A stretch of DNA of 64,000 bases from Bacteroidaceae bacterium (GCA_024398515.1 JAKSIZ010000006.1:27631-91630), one strand, 5' to 3'; positions 37,929-50,700 are shown, counted from the stretch's first letter. Program-made: numbers and translations. The notes: a model not told the origin generated them from the letters alone.

Positions 37929-40087
37929 CACCTAATGAGGCGTTAAAATATTATTTTGGTTTTGACAAGTTCAAGGGCGACCAAGAGGCCATCATTCAAA
38001 ATGTACTTGATGGCAATGACACCTTTGTGCTTATGCCTACGGGAGGAGGAAAATCCTTGTGCTATCAGTTGCCAGCCCTGCTGATGGAAGGAACTGCCAT
38101 AGTCATTTCACCACTGATTGCACTGATGAAAAATCAGGTTGACGTGATGACTGGTCTTGGCGAAGAAGGGGTGGCACATTACTTAAATTCATCACTCAGC
38201 AAGGCTGCAATAGAGCAGGTCAAGGCTGATGTACGAAGCGAAAAGACAAAGTTGCTGTATGTTGCGCCAGAATCATTAACGAAGTTTGAGAACGTTGAAT
38301 TCCTTCGACGCGTGCAAGTATCGTTCTATGCTATAGACGAAGCACACTGTATTTCAGAGTGGGGACACGATTTCCGACCTGAATATAGAAACATCAGACC
38401 ATTGATCAATCAAATCGGTGAAGCACCAGTTATAGCCCTCACGGCAACGGCAACCGACAAGGTAAGAATTGACATAAAGAAAAGTCTTGGCATAAATGAC
38501 GCAAAAGAATTCAAGAGTTCGTTTAACCGTCCAAACCTTTATTATGAAGTTCGCCCTAAAACAAAGGACATAGATAAAGACATAATAAGGTTTATAAAAC
38601 AAAACCCTGGCAAGAGTGGCATCATATATTGTCTTTCAAGGAAGAAAGTTGAGGAACTTGCTGAGATATTGAAAATAAACGATATTCGCGCAGCAGCATA
38701 TCATGCAGGACTTGATACAGTAGTAAGAACGGAAACGCAAGACGATTTCCTGATGGAACGTATCGACGTGATTGTCGCAACCATAGCATTTGGTATGGGA
38801 ATTGACAAGCCAGATGTTCGTTTCGTTATCCATTATGATATACCAAAGAGTCTTGAAGGTTACTATCAGGAAACAGGCCGTGCCGGAAGAGATAATGGTG
38901 AAGGCAAGTGCATAGCATTCTATACTTACAAGGACCTGCAGAAACTGGAAAAGTTTATGGAGGGTAAACCTGTTTCGGAACAAGACATAGGCAAGCAGTT
39001 GCTGCAAGAGACGGCAGCATACGCAGAGTCTTCAGTATGCCGACGCAAGTTGCTGCTCCATTACTTTGGAGAAACATATACAGAGGATAATTGTGGTAAT
39101 TGTGACAATTGCTTGCATCCAAAAACAAAGATTGAGGCCAAGGACAAGTTGCTGAAAGTGCTTGAGGCAATATCTGCATTGAAGGAGAAGTTCAAGACCG
39201 ATTATTTGGTTGATTTCATTTGTGGTCACGATACAGACGAGGTAACGGCACACAAGCACGACCAACTTGAGGAGTTCGGCATAGGAGAAAACGAATCTGA
39301 AAAAGTTTGGAATACAGTTATTCGCCAAGGCCTTCTTGCAGGATATATAAGGAAGGAAGTCGAGAACTATGGTTTGCTTAAGATAACAGACTTGGGACAC
39401 GAGTTTATGAAGAAGCCTGTTTCGTTCATGATGGTCGAAGACATGGACTTTGATGCTTATGACGAAGAGTATTCAGAAGATGTTGGCGCCTCTGTGCTTG
39501 ACCCTACATTGTTTGCCATATTGAAAGACTTGCGTAAATCTATGGCTTCAAAACTGAAGTTGCCACCATATATAATATTCATGGAGAATATATTGACGGA
39601 AATGGCAACGGTATATCCTACGACCATTGAGGAATTGAAGAATATAAATGGCGTTAACGATGGCAAGGCAAGGAAATACGGCGAACCGTTTTGCAAACTG
39701 ATTAAGAAGTATTGCGAGGAAAATGACATCGAGCGTCCGAATGACATGCGAGTCAGAACCAAACCGAAAAAGTCGCTTCTAAAAGTTGAAATTGTCGGTA
39801 TGATTGACCATAAGGTTCCTTTTGAGAACATTGCTACTATAAAGGGAATGGAAGAGAAGGCTCTCATTGAAAAACTTGAGGCAATAGTCTTTTCAGGAAC
39901 AAAGTTGAACATAGATTACATATTGGAAGAATTTCTTGACGAAGAAGATGTGGAAGATATATTTGAATACTTCCGTGAGTCTGATAGCGGCTCAATAGAT
40001 GAAGCACTTGAGGAGTTTGAAGACTTGTATTCAGAAGAAGAACTTCGTTTGGTTAGGATAAAATTTATTTCGGAACTTGCAAATTAA
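37925..40087 (+). CDS. recQ: DNA helicase RecQ
   Basis: [16 protein letters not shown] and QETGRAGRD motifs; RQC and HRDC regions. Confidence 0.96.
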   Translation: MTPNEALKYYFGFDKFKGDQEAIIQNVLDGNDTFVLMPTGGGKSLCYQLPALLMEGTAIVISPLIALMKNQVDVMTGLGEEGVAHYLNSSLSKAAIEQVKADVRSEKTKLLYVAPESLTKFENVEFLRRVQVSFYAIDEAHCISEWGHDFRPEYRNIRPLINQIGEAPVIALTATATDKVRIDIKKSLGINDAKEFKSSFNRPNLYYEVRPKTKDIDKDIIRFIKQNPGKSGIIYCLSRKKVEELAEILKINDIRAAAYHAGLDTVVRTETQDDFLMERIDVIVATIAFGMGIDKPDVRFVIHYDIPKSLEGYYQETGRAGRDNGEGKCIAFYTYKDLQKLEKFMEGKPVSEQDIGKQLLQETAAYAESSVCRRKLLLHYFGETYTEDNCGNCDNCLHPKTKIEAKDKLLKVLEAISALKEKFKTDYLVDFICGHDTDEVTAHKHDQLEEFGIGENESEKVWNTVIRQGLLAGYIRKEVENYGLLKITDLGHEFMKKPVSFMMVEDMDFDAYDEEYSEDVGASVLDPTLFAILKDLRKSMASKLKLPPYIIFMENILTEMATVYPTTIEELKNINGVNDGKARKYGEPFCKLIKKYCEENDIERPNDMRVRTKPKKSLLKVEIVGMIDHKVPFENIATIKGMEEKALIEKLEAIVFSGTKLNIDYILEEFLDEEDVEDIFEYFRESDSGSIDEALEEFEDLYSEEELRLVRIKFISELAN

Positions 40088-40100
40088 ATAAAGAAAGAAT

Positions 40101-41525
40101 ATGAAAAAAAGTTGGTCTGTATTAGTAGCATTGTTGTTTGCTTGCACTGCTCAGGCGCAAAGCAATGATCCTGTCATTATGACAATCAATGGTGTTGATG
40201 TTCCACGTTCAGAATTTGAGTATTCGTTCAACAAGAACAACTCAGAAGGTGTGATTGACAAGAAAAGTGTTGATGAATATGTTGACCTGTTCATCAACTA
40301 TAAGTTAAAAGTCGCTGCAGCTATTGATGCGCATTTGGACACGATGACTTCATACAAAAAGGAGTTTGTGGGTTATCGTGACCAGCAGTTGTATTCATCT
40401 TTTTATACAGATGCAGATGTGGAAAAGGAGGCGATGAAAGTTTATGAAAGCACCAAGACGTCAATAGGACCAAATGGACTTATCCGCCCAGCACACATAT
40501 TCGTTCATCTGCCACAGAATGCAACTCCAGAGGAGCAAGCAAAGAAAAAAGCTCTTGCTGACTCTTTGTATGACGCAGTCAAGGCTGGTGCCGACTTCGC
40601 AGAACTGGCAAAGAAGCATTCTGAGGACATTGGCACATCACCGAATGGTGGTCTTCTTCCTTGGGTCGGACCTAATCAAACGGTAAAGGAGTTTGAAGAA
40701 GCTGCGTATAAACTCAATGTCGGGGAAATGTCGGAAGTCGTGCTTTCGTCATACGGATACCATATAATATTAATGAAGGAAAGGAAACAACTCGAACCAT
40801 ACGAGGAATTGCGCGACGACATTATGAAGTTCATCGAGCAGCGCAACATTCGTGAAAGCATTGCAAAACAAAATATCGATTCACTTGCAAAGGAAAGAAA
40901 CATCTCTCCTGAGCAGTTAATGGACGAGCGTGCAGAGGAACTCTCTGCAAAGGACTTGGACACAAAGTATCTCATTCAGGAATATCATGACGGACTCCTT
41001 CTGTATGAAATCAGCAATAAGAAAGTATGGGATGCTGCTGCAAAGGATACTGTAGGCTTGAAGAATTATTTCGAACACAATAAGAAGAAGTATGCATGGG
41101 ATGAACCTCGCTTCAAGGGAATTGCATATCACACAAGAGACAAGGCTGACATCAAGGCTGTGAAGAAGTGCATCAAGAATGTTCCTTTCGACCAGTGGGC
41201 ACCAGTGTTGAAAAACACGTTCAACAACGATTCGGTACTTCGCATTCGTGCAGAAAAAGGTATATTCAAGAAAGGCGACAATGCGCTTGTTGATAAAATC
41301 ATCTTCAAGCAGAAAGATGCAGAACCAAAACCTGTGAAAGATTATCCTTACGACGATGCTTTTGGTAAAGTGCTGAAGAAAGGTCCAGAGGATTATATGG
41401 ATGTCCAAGGACTTGTCGTTGCTGACTACCAAGAGGTTCTGGAAAAAGAATGGATAAAAGATCTAAGAAGTAAATACACATTCAGCGTAAACAAGGATGT
41501 TTTGAAAACTGTAAATGTTCGTTGA
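40101..41525 (+). CDS. Parvulin-type peptidylprolyl isomerase
   Basis: Signal peptide; FAELAKKHSED and YGYHII motifs. Confidence 0.9.
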   Translation: MKKSWSVLVALLFACTAQAQSNDPVIMTINGVDVPRSEFEYSFNKNNSEGVIDKKSVDEYVDLFINYKLKVAAAIDAHLDTMTSYKKEFVGYRDQQLYSSFYTDADVEKEAMKVYESTKTSIGPNGLIRPAHIFVHLPQNATPEEQAKKKALADSLYDAVKAGADFAELAKKHSEDIGTSPNGGLLPWVGPNQTVKEFEEAAYKLNVGEMSEVVLSSYGYHIILMKERKQLEPYEELRDDIMKFIEQRNIRESIAKQNIDSLAKERNISPEQLMDERAEELSAKDLDTKYLIQEYHDGLLLYEISNKKVWDAAAKDTVGLKNYFEHNKKKYAWDEPRFKGIAYHTRDKADIKAVKKCIKNVPFDQWAPVLKNTFNNDSVLRIRAEKGIFKKGDNALVDKIIFKQKDAEPKPVKDYPYDDAFGKVLKKGPEDYMDVQGLVVADYQEVLEKEWIKDLRSKYTFSVNKDVLKTVNVR

Positions 41526-41555
41526 ACTTGCATTTGAAAATCACAAATTATAATT

Positions 41556-42965
41556 ATGAGAACTATTTCTAATAGGATATTCGTATTGATGGTTTGCCTC
41601 TTGTGCAGTGGATTCTGCCTTGCTCAAGAGGTAAACGATTCAACTGCAAAGGTTACGACAACCGAACCAGAGGAAGAACCGAATATCGTTGATGAGGTAA
41701 TCTGGATTGTTGGTGACGAGCCAATACTGAAATCCGAGGTCGAAGCACTGCGACAGGAGGAAGGTGTTCATTGGAAAGGAAATCCTGAATGTTCCATTCC
41801 GGAGCAGATAGCGATACAAAAACTTTTCCTTAACCAAGCAGTTATCGACAGTATCGAGGTAACTGATTCTGAAGTAGCAGGCGATGTGGAAAACCAATTG
41901 AACTATTGGATTCAAATGGTCGGCTCAAAGGAAAAGCTTGAGGAATACCGCAAGATGACCATTGCACAAATGCGTAACCAGTTGAGAGACGAATTGCGCA
42001 ACAACCGAATTGCCGAAGAAATGAGAAAACAGATTGTACAGGATGTTAAGGTCACCCCTGCAGAAGTACGGAAATACTTCAAGGATTTACCAGAAGACAG
42101 TATTCCGTTTGTTCCTACGCAGGTTGAAGTACAGATAATCACCCATACTCCGCGCCTTGCCCCCGAAGAAGTCAATAAAGTGAAAAATGACTTGCGCGAA
42201 TACACAGACCGTATTACAAAGGGAGAAACTTCGTTCTCTACTCTTGCAAGACTTTATTCCGAAGACCCTGGCTCGGCACGTATGGGTGGCGAACTTGACT
42301 ACATGGGCCGTGCACATCTTGATCCAGCGTTTGCTGCAGTAGCGTTCAACCTGACCGACCCTAACAAGATTTCAAAGATTGTTGAATCGGAATTTGGCTT
42401 CCACATCATACAACTTATCGACAAGCGCGGCGACAAGATTAAGGTGCGTCATATACTTCGTAAGCCTCATGTGTCCGATGCTGCCGTTGATTCCATGTGC
42501 ATGAAACTTGATACTCTTGCAATGGACATTCGTGAAGGAAAGACAACTTTCGATGAGGCTGCCACTTTCATTTCCGACGATAAGGACACAAAGAGCAATA
42601 AGGGAAACATGTTCTTCACCGACCCAATGACATATTCTCTTACGTCTAAGTTCCAGATGCAGGATCTTCCACCTGAAATAGCAAAGGCGGTCGATACTCT
42701 TGAGGTCGGCGAAATATCTAAGCCTTTCGTCATGGTAAACACAAAGAACAAGACAACTTGCGTGCTTGCGAAACTGAAAAACCGCATTCCACGCCATCGT
42801 GCAACGATGAACGATGACTTCCAAGTGCTAAAGGATGTTGTGCTTGAAAAACGTCGTGCCGAAGTTCTTCATAAATGGGTACAAGACAAGATAAAGACAA
42901 CGTATGTACGCATCAATCCGAGATACAGGGATTGTGAATACGAATATACTGGATGGGTAAAATAA
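41556..42965 (+). CDS. surA: SurA-like peptidylprolyl isomerase
   Basis: SurA N-domain; ARLYSEDPGS..GGEL and FGFHII motifs. Confidence 0.85.
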   Translation: MRTISNRIFVLMVCLLCSGFCLAQEVNDSTAKVTTTEPEEEPNIVDEVIWIVGDEPILKSEVEALRQEEGVHWKGNPECSIPEQIAIQKLFLNQAVIDSIEVTDSEVAGDVENQLNYWIQMVGSKEKLEEYRKMTIAQMRNQLRDELRNNRIAEEMRKQIVQDVKVTPAEVRKYFKDLPEDSIPFVPTQVEVQIITHTPRLAPEEVNKVKNDLREYTDRITKGETSFSTLARLYSEDPGSARMGGELDYMGRAHLDPAFAAVAFNLTDPNKISKIVESEFGFHIIQLIDKRGDKIKVRHILRKPHVSDAAVDSMCMKLDTLAMDIREGKTTFDEAATFISDDKDTKSNKGNMFFTDPMTYSLTSKFQMQDLPPEIAKAVDTLEVGEISKPFVMVNTKNKTTCVLAKLKNRIPRHRATMNDDFQVLKDVVLEKRRAEVLHKWVQDKIKTTYVRINPRYRDCEYEYTGWVK

Positions 42966-42968
42966 GAC

Positions 42969-44627
42969 ATGAGGAAACTCCTTCTTCCATTATTTGTTTT
43001 TTGCCTTTTGGTTAGCCTTCTCCCCATTGGCGGAGCAGGAGGCGGGCTTTTGGCTCGGCAACGAAAGCCAAGTGATGGACGTGTACACCTTGTTCATGCC
43101 GACGTTCTCCACACTGACCAATACCAAATGCCAGATGTGCAAATCCTTAATGGGCGCGTACATTTTACCCACGGTGGCACTCAGCTTTTTTGCGACTCAG
43201 CCTATTTCTATGAGAGTTCAAACTCTTTCCGTGCCTTCGGTCACGTTAAGATGTTGCAGGGCGATACGCTTTCGCTAAAGAGCGACTACGCTTTCTACGA
43301 TGGAGATGACGAACTTGCCATAGCCAGACATAACGTAGTGCTGAAACATCGCGGCACTACTCTTTATACCGATAGCCTTAACTATGACAAGGCATACGGC
43401 ATTGGATATTTCTTTGATGGCGGTCGGCTCGTTGACAAGCAGAATACTCTGGTATCAGATTGGGGACAATACGACACGGAAACCAAGCAGTCGGTTTTCA
43501 AATATGACGTTTCGTTGAAAAACAAGACAACGAATGTGAAGACCGACACCTTATATTATAATACGGGAAATTCTATGGCTGAGATGTGCGGACCGACGGA
43601 CATCTTCCAAGACAGTAGCCATATCTATACCGAACACGGCTTTTATAATACTCGCACAGACCAGTCGGAACTGTACGACCGCACCGTCATAACCAATAAG
43701 GATGGCAAGAAACTAATCGGCGACAGCGTATATCACGACAGCGAATCGGGCATAAGCCGAGCCTACCATAACGTGGTATATTCCGACGAACAAAACAAAA
43801 ACCAACTCACGGGTAACGTATGCTATTATGACGACAAGGCAGGTTATGCCTTCGCTACAGGCAATGCTGTGGCAATAGACTATTCCCAACAGGACACGCT
43901 CTACGTTCATGCCGACTCGTTCAAACTCTATACAATCAATATCAACACCGATTCCATGTATCGTCGCGTGCATGCTTACAACCATGTACGTGCCTATCGC
44001 AGGGATGTTCAGGGCGTATGCGATTCGTTGGTTTACATATCTCTCGACTCTTGTGCAACGATGTATAAGGACCCGATACTGTGGAATAATGGTCAGCAAC
44101 TATTAGGCGAACAGATCAAGGTGTATGTTAACGACTCCACAATCGACTGGGCTCACGTAATAAACCAAGCCCTTTCGGTGCAGCAGATGAAGGAAGACAC
44201 TGCGAGGTACAATCAGATATCGTCGAAGGAAATGAAGGCATTTTTCACCAATGGCGAGATACGAGAGTTCCAGGCAATAGACAATGTGCTGACCTGCTAT
44301 TACCCAATCAACGATGTAGATTCCACTATTATAAGCCTGAACACACTTGAGACAACGCTCATGAAGATGTTTATGGAAGAAAGAAAACTGAGCAGAATCT
44401 GGACACCAAAGTTTGATGGAGTGATGTATCCGCTCACTCAAATCCCTCCAGGCAAGGATTTCCTTCCGTCGTTTGCATGGTTTGAATACATCCGGCCGGT
44501 CGATAAAAACGACATATTCGTGTGGCGAGGCAAGTCGAAGGATAAGGAATTGAAGACTACGGTACGCCGTACCGCCCCTGTCCACAAACTGCGAGACAAG
44601 TCAAAGGCAATATCGAAAAATCCTTAA
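42969..44627 (+). CDS. OstA-like (LptA/LptD-N beta-jellyroll) protein
   Basis: Repeated LxCDS/TDSL motifs; synteny with PPIases. Confidence 0.85.
   Translation: MRKLLLPLFVFCLLVSLLPIGGAGGGLLARQRKPSDGRVHLVHADVLHTDQYQMPDVQILNGRVHFTHGGTQLFCDSAYFYESSNSFRAFGHVKMLQGDTLSLKSDYAFYDGDDELAIARHNVVLKHRGTTLYTDSLNYDKAYGIGYFFDGGRLVDKQNTLVSDWGQYDTETKQSVFKYDVSLKNKTTNVKTDTLYYNTGNSMAEMCGPTDIFQDSSHIYTEHGFYNTRTDQSELYDRTVITNKDGKKLIGDSVYHDSESGISRAYHNVVYSDEQNKNQLTGNVCYYDDKAGYAFATGNAVAIDYSQQDTLYVHADSFKLYTININTDSMYRRVHAYNHVRAYRRDVQGVCDSLVYISLDSCATMYKDPILWNNGQQLLGEQIKVYVNDSTIDWAHVINQALSVQQMKEDTARYNQISSKEMKAFFTNGEIREFQAIDNVLTCYYPINDVDSTIISLNTLETTLMKMFMEERKLSRIWTPKFDGVMYPLTQIPPGKDFLPSFAWFEYIRPVDKNDIFVWRGKSKDKELKTTVRRTAPVHKLRDKSKAISKNP
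43016..43049 (-). repeat. GC-rich palindromic repeat inside the OstA signal peptide
   Basis: Encodes LLPIGGAGGGL; related to copies at 44734, 45578 and 55068. Confidence 0.55.
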
Positions 44628-44733
44628 ATAACCGAAGTTGCAGAATGGGTTCTTAAAAAAAAGTAGAAAAAATGACTCATACTGCAACTTTTTTTTATCT
44701 TTGTGCGTCAAATGAACGTAGGCAATAAAGGAA

Positions 44734-44808
44734 CTCCCTCCCTGCTCCCCCAAGGAGGAGTGAAATAAAAAGTAAATAAAATAAAATTGTAAATAGTAAA
44801 TAAAAAAG
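44734..44808 (+). repeat. GC-rich repeat plus GTAAAT-type tract
   Basis: CTCCCTCCCTGCTCCCCCAAGGAGGAG followed by AGTAAAT/TGTAAAT units. Confidence 0.6.
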
Positions 44809-44811
44809 GTT

Positions 44812-45561
44812 ATGAAAAAGTTTTTCTTATTCTCAGTGTGCATGTTTTTGCTTTGTACAAGTTGCACCATTGACAGCAAAAGAGTGATCTCGAAATCGTT
44901 TAAGACAGTAACAGAGTCGGGAAATGTTATTGAAAAAACCTACAATCTCGGCAATTTTGATGAGATTGACGTGGCTGGAAGCCTCGATGTAAAATTCGTC
45001 CAGGCACCTGGAAAGTATGAGGCGAAAGTGAGTTGTTGCGATAATATCATGGAACTGCTCGACATAAAAGTGGTTGATGATGCGCTGAAAATTGGCTTCA
45101 AGAGTGGCGCGAACAACATAAAATATAAGAAAATGGACATCACTGTATATGCTCCGACAGTAGAAGAATTTGCTCTTGCGGGCTCTGGATGCATCGATTT
45201 TTCCGATGGTCTCGACACTGAAGAACTCCTCTGCTGCGTCAGCGGGTCGGGTATAATCAAGGGAATGGACCTTAATTGCAAGGATTTGGAAACGAAAATG
45301 GTAGGCAGCGGCGACATAAAGATTGCCAACATCATCTGCAAGGAAGTCGATGCAGCTGTGATGGGAAGTGGCACAATAACCTTAGCCGGCAATGCCGATG
45401 AGGCTGAATATACCACTACTGGTTCGGGTGATATCAAGGCTGTGGCACTTGTCGTAGGCTCAGGCAGCGCTAATATCACTGGTTCGGGCGACATAGAATG
45501 CAATGTGAAGAACCTAAAAAAGCGTGTCATTGGCAGTGGTGACATCAGGAATCTGAAGTAA
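44812..45561 (+). CDS. DUF2807/head GIN domain lipoprotein
   Basis: Lipobox TSC; repeated GSGDI beta-helix motifs. Confidence 0.88.
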   Translation: MKKFFLFSVCMFLLCTSCTIDSKRVISKSFKTVTESGNVIEKTYNLGNFDEIDVAGSLDVKFVQAPGKYEAKVSCCDNIMELLDIKVVDDALKIGFKSGANNIKYKKMDITVYAPTVEEFALAGSGCIDFSDGLDTEELLCCVSGSGIIKGMDLNCKDLETKMVGSGDIKIANIICKEVDAAVMGSGTITLAGNADEAEYTTTGSGDIKAVALVVGSGSANITGSGDIECNVKNLKKRVIGSGDIRNLK

Positions 45562-45577
45562 AAAGGAACCCCAGACA

Positions 45578-45720
45578 TCCCCTTTGCCCCTCCGAAGGAG
45601 GGGTAATAGGAGAATCGTAAAACCGTAAATTAAAATAAATTGTAAATGAATTGTAAATAAATCGTAAATTAAACTAAATTGTAAATAAATTGTAATTTGT
45701 AAATTGTAAAATCGTAAATT
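45578..45720 (+). repeat. GC-rich repeat plus degenerate (T/C)GTAAAT tandem tract
   Basis: TCCCCTTTGCCCCTCCGAAGGAGGGG followed by about ten GTAA(A/T) units. Confidence 0.7.
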
Positions 45721-45762
45721 TTTATTACTTTTGTCGTTGAAAAGCGCTGAAGGAGCATTATT

Positions 45763-47205
45763 ATGGCTGAACAGACACTAAAAGACAAGACGGCAAAAGG
45801 GCTTATGTGGGGCGGAATGAGCAATGGAATCATCCAGGTGCTCAGTGCTCTTTTCGGCATTGCACTGCTCAGACTGCTCACACCCGACGATTACGGCAAG
45901 ATTGCCGTGCTTGTTGTGTTCTCAAACATTGCGAGCAACTTGCAGGAAAGCGGCTTTGTGGCTGCGCTCTGCAACAAGAAACCTCCGCGACATGAAGACT
46001 ACAACGCAGTGTTCTGGTTCAATATAATCGTTGCTATCAGCATATATATTATACTGTTTTTTGCGGCTCCGCTCATCGCCGACTTCTATCACGAACCGGT
46101 ACTTGTGCCTTTGTCGCGCTATCTTTTCCTCAGTTTTGTCATCTCAAGTTTCGGCACTGTGCAGCGTGCATACCTCTTTGGAAATCTCATGGTGAAGCAA
46201 AGCAGCATTGCGACTCTCACTGCTATCGTGGTGTCGAATACGATAGGAATAGCCTTGGCGTGGTATGGATTTGCCTTCTGGGGCATTGCAACGCAGACGC
46301 TTATTTACGTATTGGTGATTGTTTTGTTCAATTGGCACTACTCTTCCTGGCGTCCTACTTTGCATATAGACCTGCGTCCGGCATGGCAGATGTTCGGTTT
46401 CAGCAGCAAACTTCTTATTACAAACCTGTTCAACCAACTCAATTCAAACGCATTCGGAGTGCTTCTCGGCAAGTTCTTCAACACTGAGATGGCAGGACTT
46501 TATAACAATGCACGCAAGTGGGACGACATGTGTATCAATACGGTCAACGGCATGGTGACGGGCGTGGCACAGCCTGTGTTGGCTGAAGTGAGGGATGAAA
46601 CCGACCGATACCGCAATGTTTTCCGCAAGATGTTGCGCTTCATCAGCTTCGTCTCGTTCCCTGCAATGCTCGGCATGGGCCTTATTGCTCGCGAGTTTAT
46701 ACTCATCACCGTGGGCGAGGCATGGGAACAGAGTGCCGTGCTGCTCAGTATGCTCAGCGTATATGGAGCCTTTTTCCCAATAACGACACTCTATAGCAAC
46801 ATGGCGATAAGCCGTGGAAAGTCGGGCATCAATGCCGCTTGCACCATTATTCTGTGCATCATCATCTGGGCGAGTCTCATCTTATTGCAGTCGTATGGAC
46901 TATATGTGATGGTTGCGTTCTTCGTTGCAATCAACATTGCATGGCTGTTTGTGTGGCAGTATTTCGCATGGCGACTCATACGCCTCAGCCTTTGGAGCGT
47001 GTTGAAGGATGTTGTACCGTTCCTCGTATTCGCCGCTGGTGTGATGGTGTTCACGTGGTGGGTGACACGACCGATAGAGAACATCTATCTCCTGCTCTGC
47101 GCAAAGATTGTCATTGCCGCCGTGTTGTATGTAGGCATTACATACATCAGCGGAGCAAGGATCATGCGTGAGTCAATCAACTATCTTCGCAAGAAAAAAC
47201 AATAA
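45763..47205 (+). CDS. Polysaccharide flippase (WzxC-like)
   Basis: LKDKTAKGLMW, RLLTPDDYG and multiple TM segments. Confidence 0.9.
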   Translation: MAEQTLKDKTAKGLMWGGMSNGIIQVLSALFGIALLRLLTPDDYGKIAVLVVFSNIASNLQESGFVAALCNKKPPRHEDYNAVFWFNIIVAISIYIILFFAAPLIADFYHEPVLVPLSRYLFLSFVISSFGTVQRAYLFGNLMVKQSSIATLTAIVVSNTIGIALAWYGFAFWGIATQTLIYVLVIVLFNWHYSSWRPTLHIDLRPAWQMFGFSSKLLITNLFNQLNSNAFGVLLGKFFNTEMAGLYNNARKWDDMCINTVNGMVTGVAQPVLAEVRDETDRYRNVFRKMLRFISFVSFPAMLGMGLIAREFILITVGEAWEQSAVLLSMLSVYGAFFPITTLYSNMAISRGKSGINAACTIILCIIIWASLILLQSYGLYVMVAFFVAINIAWLFVWQYFAWRLIRLSLWSVLKDVVPFLVFAAGVMVFTWWVTRPIENIYLLLCAKIVIAAVLYVGITYISGARIMRESINYLRKKKQ

Positions 47206-47352
47206 CGACGCTTATAGTTTGAGCATTCGAGCGCTCGGACTCTCGGGATTGAACGCTTAAGTCGGAAAAACATTGCTGCAATGTTGAGTCGAACATTGGA
47301 GCAATGTTGGTCCGAACATTGGAGCAATGTTTGGCAGAGTTAAGCGTTCAAC
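47206..47352. repeat. Triple-palindrome intergenic element, copy 3
   Basis: 3x AACATTG(CT/GA)GCAATGTT at 23-bp period inside TTGAACGCTTAA...TTAAGCGTTCAA. Confidence 0.85.
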
Positions 47353-47553
47353 TTCAGAAAGCATAAACGTCGGGTGCCGTAACGATAAAGCAGAACTTCG
47401 CCGCACCAACAAAATATTTTTTTCATCCAATTCGCACAGATATACAAAAAATATATTATATTTGCAGAAAATTTGAAGTTCGCTGCAACTATTTCGGATG
47501 CTTGATACGTCAAAATATCAGAATTGTTTAACGTAACTAAAAAAGAAAAAATT

Positions 47554-47751
47554 ATGACAGAAAAGAGATTAGTCCGCACAGTTCGCGATAAGTGGATAGG
47601 CGGAGTTTGTGGTGGAATAGCAAAGTATTTCGGTTGGGATTCAGCAGTAGTGCGATTGATTTATGTGTTCCTGACCTTGTTCACGGCATTCAGTGGCGTT
47701 TTGGCATACATAATCCTGTGGATAGTGATGCCAAGGGAAGACGACTTTTAA
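47554..47751 (+). CDS. pspC: PspC domain protein
   Basis: DKWIGGVCGGIAKYFG..VRL..YIILWIVMP motif. Confidence 0.9.
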   Translation: MTEKRLVRTVRDKWIGGVCGGIAKYFGWDSAVVRLIYVFLTLFTAFSGVLAYIILWIVMPREDDF

Positions 47752-47767
47752 TTTACTGTTTACAGAT

Positions 47768-50700
47768 ATGAAAACAATACGTATATTTCGGAACACGGTG
47801 TTGATGACTGTGATTATGGCAATGTGGAGTGTCATTGCATTTGCCGCAGAGGGTAAAACAATTCAACTTCCAATGTCAGAAACAACAAAGATTCATGCTG
47901 GGCAGCCTGATGCAGTGCTGTATGATGCGAGTGCAACAAAGTGGACTTGCACGCAAGCAACGGTTGCCGGCGGAAAGTTTAATGATTCCCAGTCGCAATA
48001 TGGTGGGTCGTATATCGTATTGTCGAAGTTCGATGTCAGCAGTCTTCCGTCAGATGTGACGGTGACAGAGGTGACACTCGACTTCACTTCAAAGTGTACC
48101 GTGTCGGGCAAGAACTCTATGCTTGAGGCTTCACGCATAGGAATAGGGTGGGATGCAGCGTCGGCAACGTGGAATAATACTAATGTTGCATCAATCATCA
48201 ACGCTCAACCAACGCTTTCAGGACCGTATGTTTCGACGAGTTCAGTGAAGGTTTCCATCGACGTGACCGGTCAACTCACCGACCTTTCAGCCAGTCTTGG
48301 GCAAGTTGCATTTGCCATTTACACCTACACAGCACGTGAACAGGAGGTGTCTGACCTGAAGCTGACGGTGAAATATCTTGAGGCTGGCTACTCTCAGACC
48401 ACTGCCACGCTGCTTCATACAGCGTCGGTTCAGGGAGGATCAAACGAGGCTGCGGTGTATATTGACCAAGAAACACATTATTATAATAACTGGGGAACGT
48501 CGGCTTGGGTGGCTCAGGCGTATGCGGAATTTGATTTCAGCAACGTGCCAGATGGGCAGAAAGTGACGGGTGCAGAGTTCACGGTGTTTGTGAATTGCGC
48601 AAAAGGTACACGAACATTTGACATAAACTATCTCGATGCAGGCACTGAGATTGACTATCAGAACCTTCAACTTTGCGGTGTCACAGGTACGCAAGTGGCA
48701 ACTTTTAGCGACATTACGACCTCGTATGCAGCAAAGAAAGCGGATGTCACCGACGTGATAAACACATTCCTCAACGCAGGAAAGAAGCGAATCATATTCA
48801 TAATGTCCAATGGTGCAGCGGGCGGAAATATCTATGGAAAAGGCTCTGCGACGTATGCACCAACGTTGAAAATGGTAACTACAGGCGACAAGACAACGTC
48901 ATATACCGTGCGTTTCGTCGATACAGAAGGCAAGGAACTCAAGTCGCCAGTGGTTCATGAAGGCGTGATAGTAGGGCATAAAGTCTCGGCATCAGGCAAT
49001 GATCTTGCGCCGATAGACTATAATGGCACCCGATACTTATACTCGTCGGGCAACAATGCTATTGTCCTCAGCGAGAATCCAAGCGAAAATATCATCACAC
49101 TTGTGTTCGAGAAAGGCGAAGATCGACTGCCGGCATTCCCGGAAGCAAAGGGTTGGGGACGCTATGCTGAAGGAGGACGATACGGAAAAGTATATCACGT
49201 GACAAACCTCAATGACAGTGGTGCAGGTTCACTTCGCGATGCAGTAAGTTCGCCGAATCGCATTGTCGTGTTCGATGTGGCAGGTGTAATCCGCATAACC
49301 GACCGTATGGTGTTTAGCAAGAATCTGTATGTTGCAGGTCAGACAGCACCTGGCGAAGGCATAACAGTCTATGGAGATGGCGTCTCGTTTAGCGGTTCGG
49401 ACAATATCATTGTGCGTTATATGCGCTTCCGTATGGGTGCAGTTGGCACGAAAGACAAGGACTGTGCAGGCATTGCACGCGGTACAAACATGATTTTCGA
49501 CCACTGTTCATTCTCGTGGGGATTGGACGAAACCTTCTCAATCAACTCTGATGGTAGTGGCGAAATGCATAGTTTTACGCTCTCGAACTGCATCTTCGGA
49601 CAAGGTCTGATGTCTCACTCTGCCGGAGGATTAATGCAGGGTGACAGCATTACGCTCTACAGAAACTTCTATTGCGACAATAATACGCGTAATAATAAGG
49701 TGAAAGGAAGGAACCAATATGTGAACAATGTGGTCTATAACTGGAATAATGGAGCCTACATCATGGGTGGAGATTCCGAAGGACAAAGCTATTGCAACAT
49801 TGTTGGCAACCTCTTTATCAACGGTCCTGCAGGTGGTGGTAATGCTTTTTCAACGGGCAACGGCAACTTCCACTGCTATGTGAACGATAATATTCAAGAT
49901 AGTAATCGTGACGGGAAACTGAATCCTTCGGCTGTGACGAACTTTGCCGGATCGGATGTTGTTGCGTCACCTTACCCTTATCCAGCACTTGAGGCATGGA
50001 AGGCAAACACCCTCATCGACAATCTCATCCCAACAGTCGGTGCAAGTTTGCCTTATCGCGACCTTGCCGATTGCTATATGGTTGACGAGCTCATGTCGTT
50101 CGGAACAGAAGGAGCACTCATCGCAAATGAGAAAAATCTCTTTATTGGTGCGCCTGATACATGGACAATGTGGCAGGGAAAGGCACGCACCGACAGCGAT
50201 GGCGACGGTATGCCTGACGAATGGGAAACGAAAAACGGTACTGATCCAACGAAAGACGACGCCATGAATGTCTCGGCAAATGGGTATGTGAACATTGAAA
50301 ACTACATCAACAGCATCACTGCCGACGACCGCGACTTCTTCCTTCGTGCACCGATGCGACTGGAACAAACTGGCAGTTCAAACACAACAATCACTCTGCG
50401 TTGGCGCGACTATACGTATGACGAAGACGGTTTTGCCATCGAAGTCAACGGCAAGGAAGTGGCACGCACAGAGGCAAATCAGACGACTTTCGACGTAACA
50501 GGACTTGCACCTGACGCTTCATATAATATTCGCATACGTGCTTTCAAGGGTAACGAGTATTCTGAATACTCCAATTCAGGCACGTTCCGCACGAAGCCTC
50601 TTAACACCACAATCATGGACATAGATAATTTCAACGCCGATGCACAATGGACAAAGTCGGTAGAAACATGGAACGTCGGCAGTACAGGATGGGCTGGAAC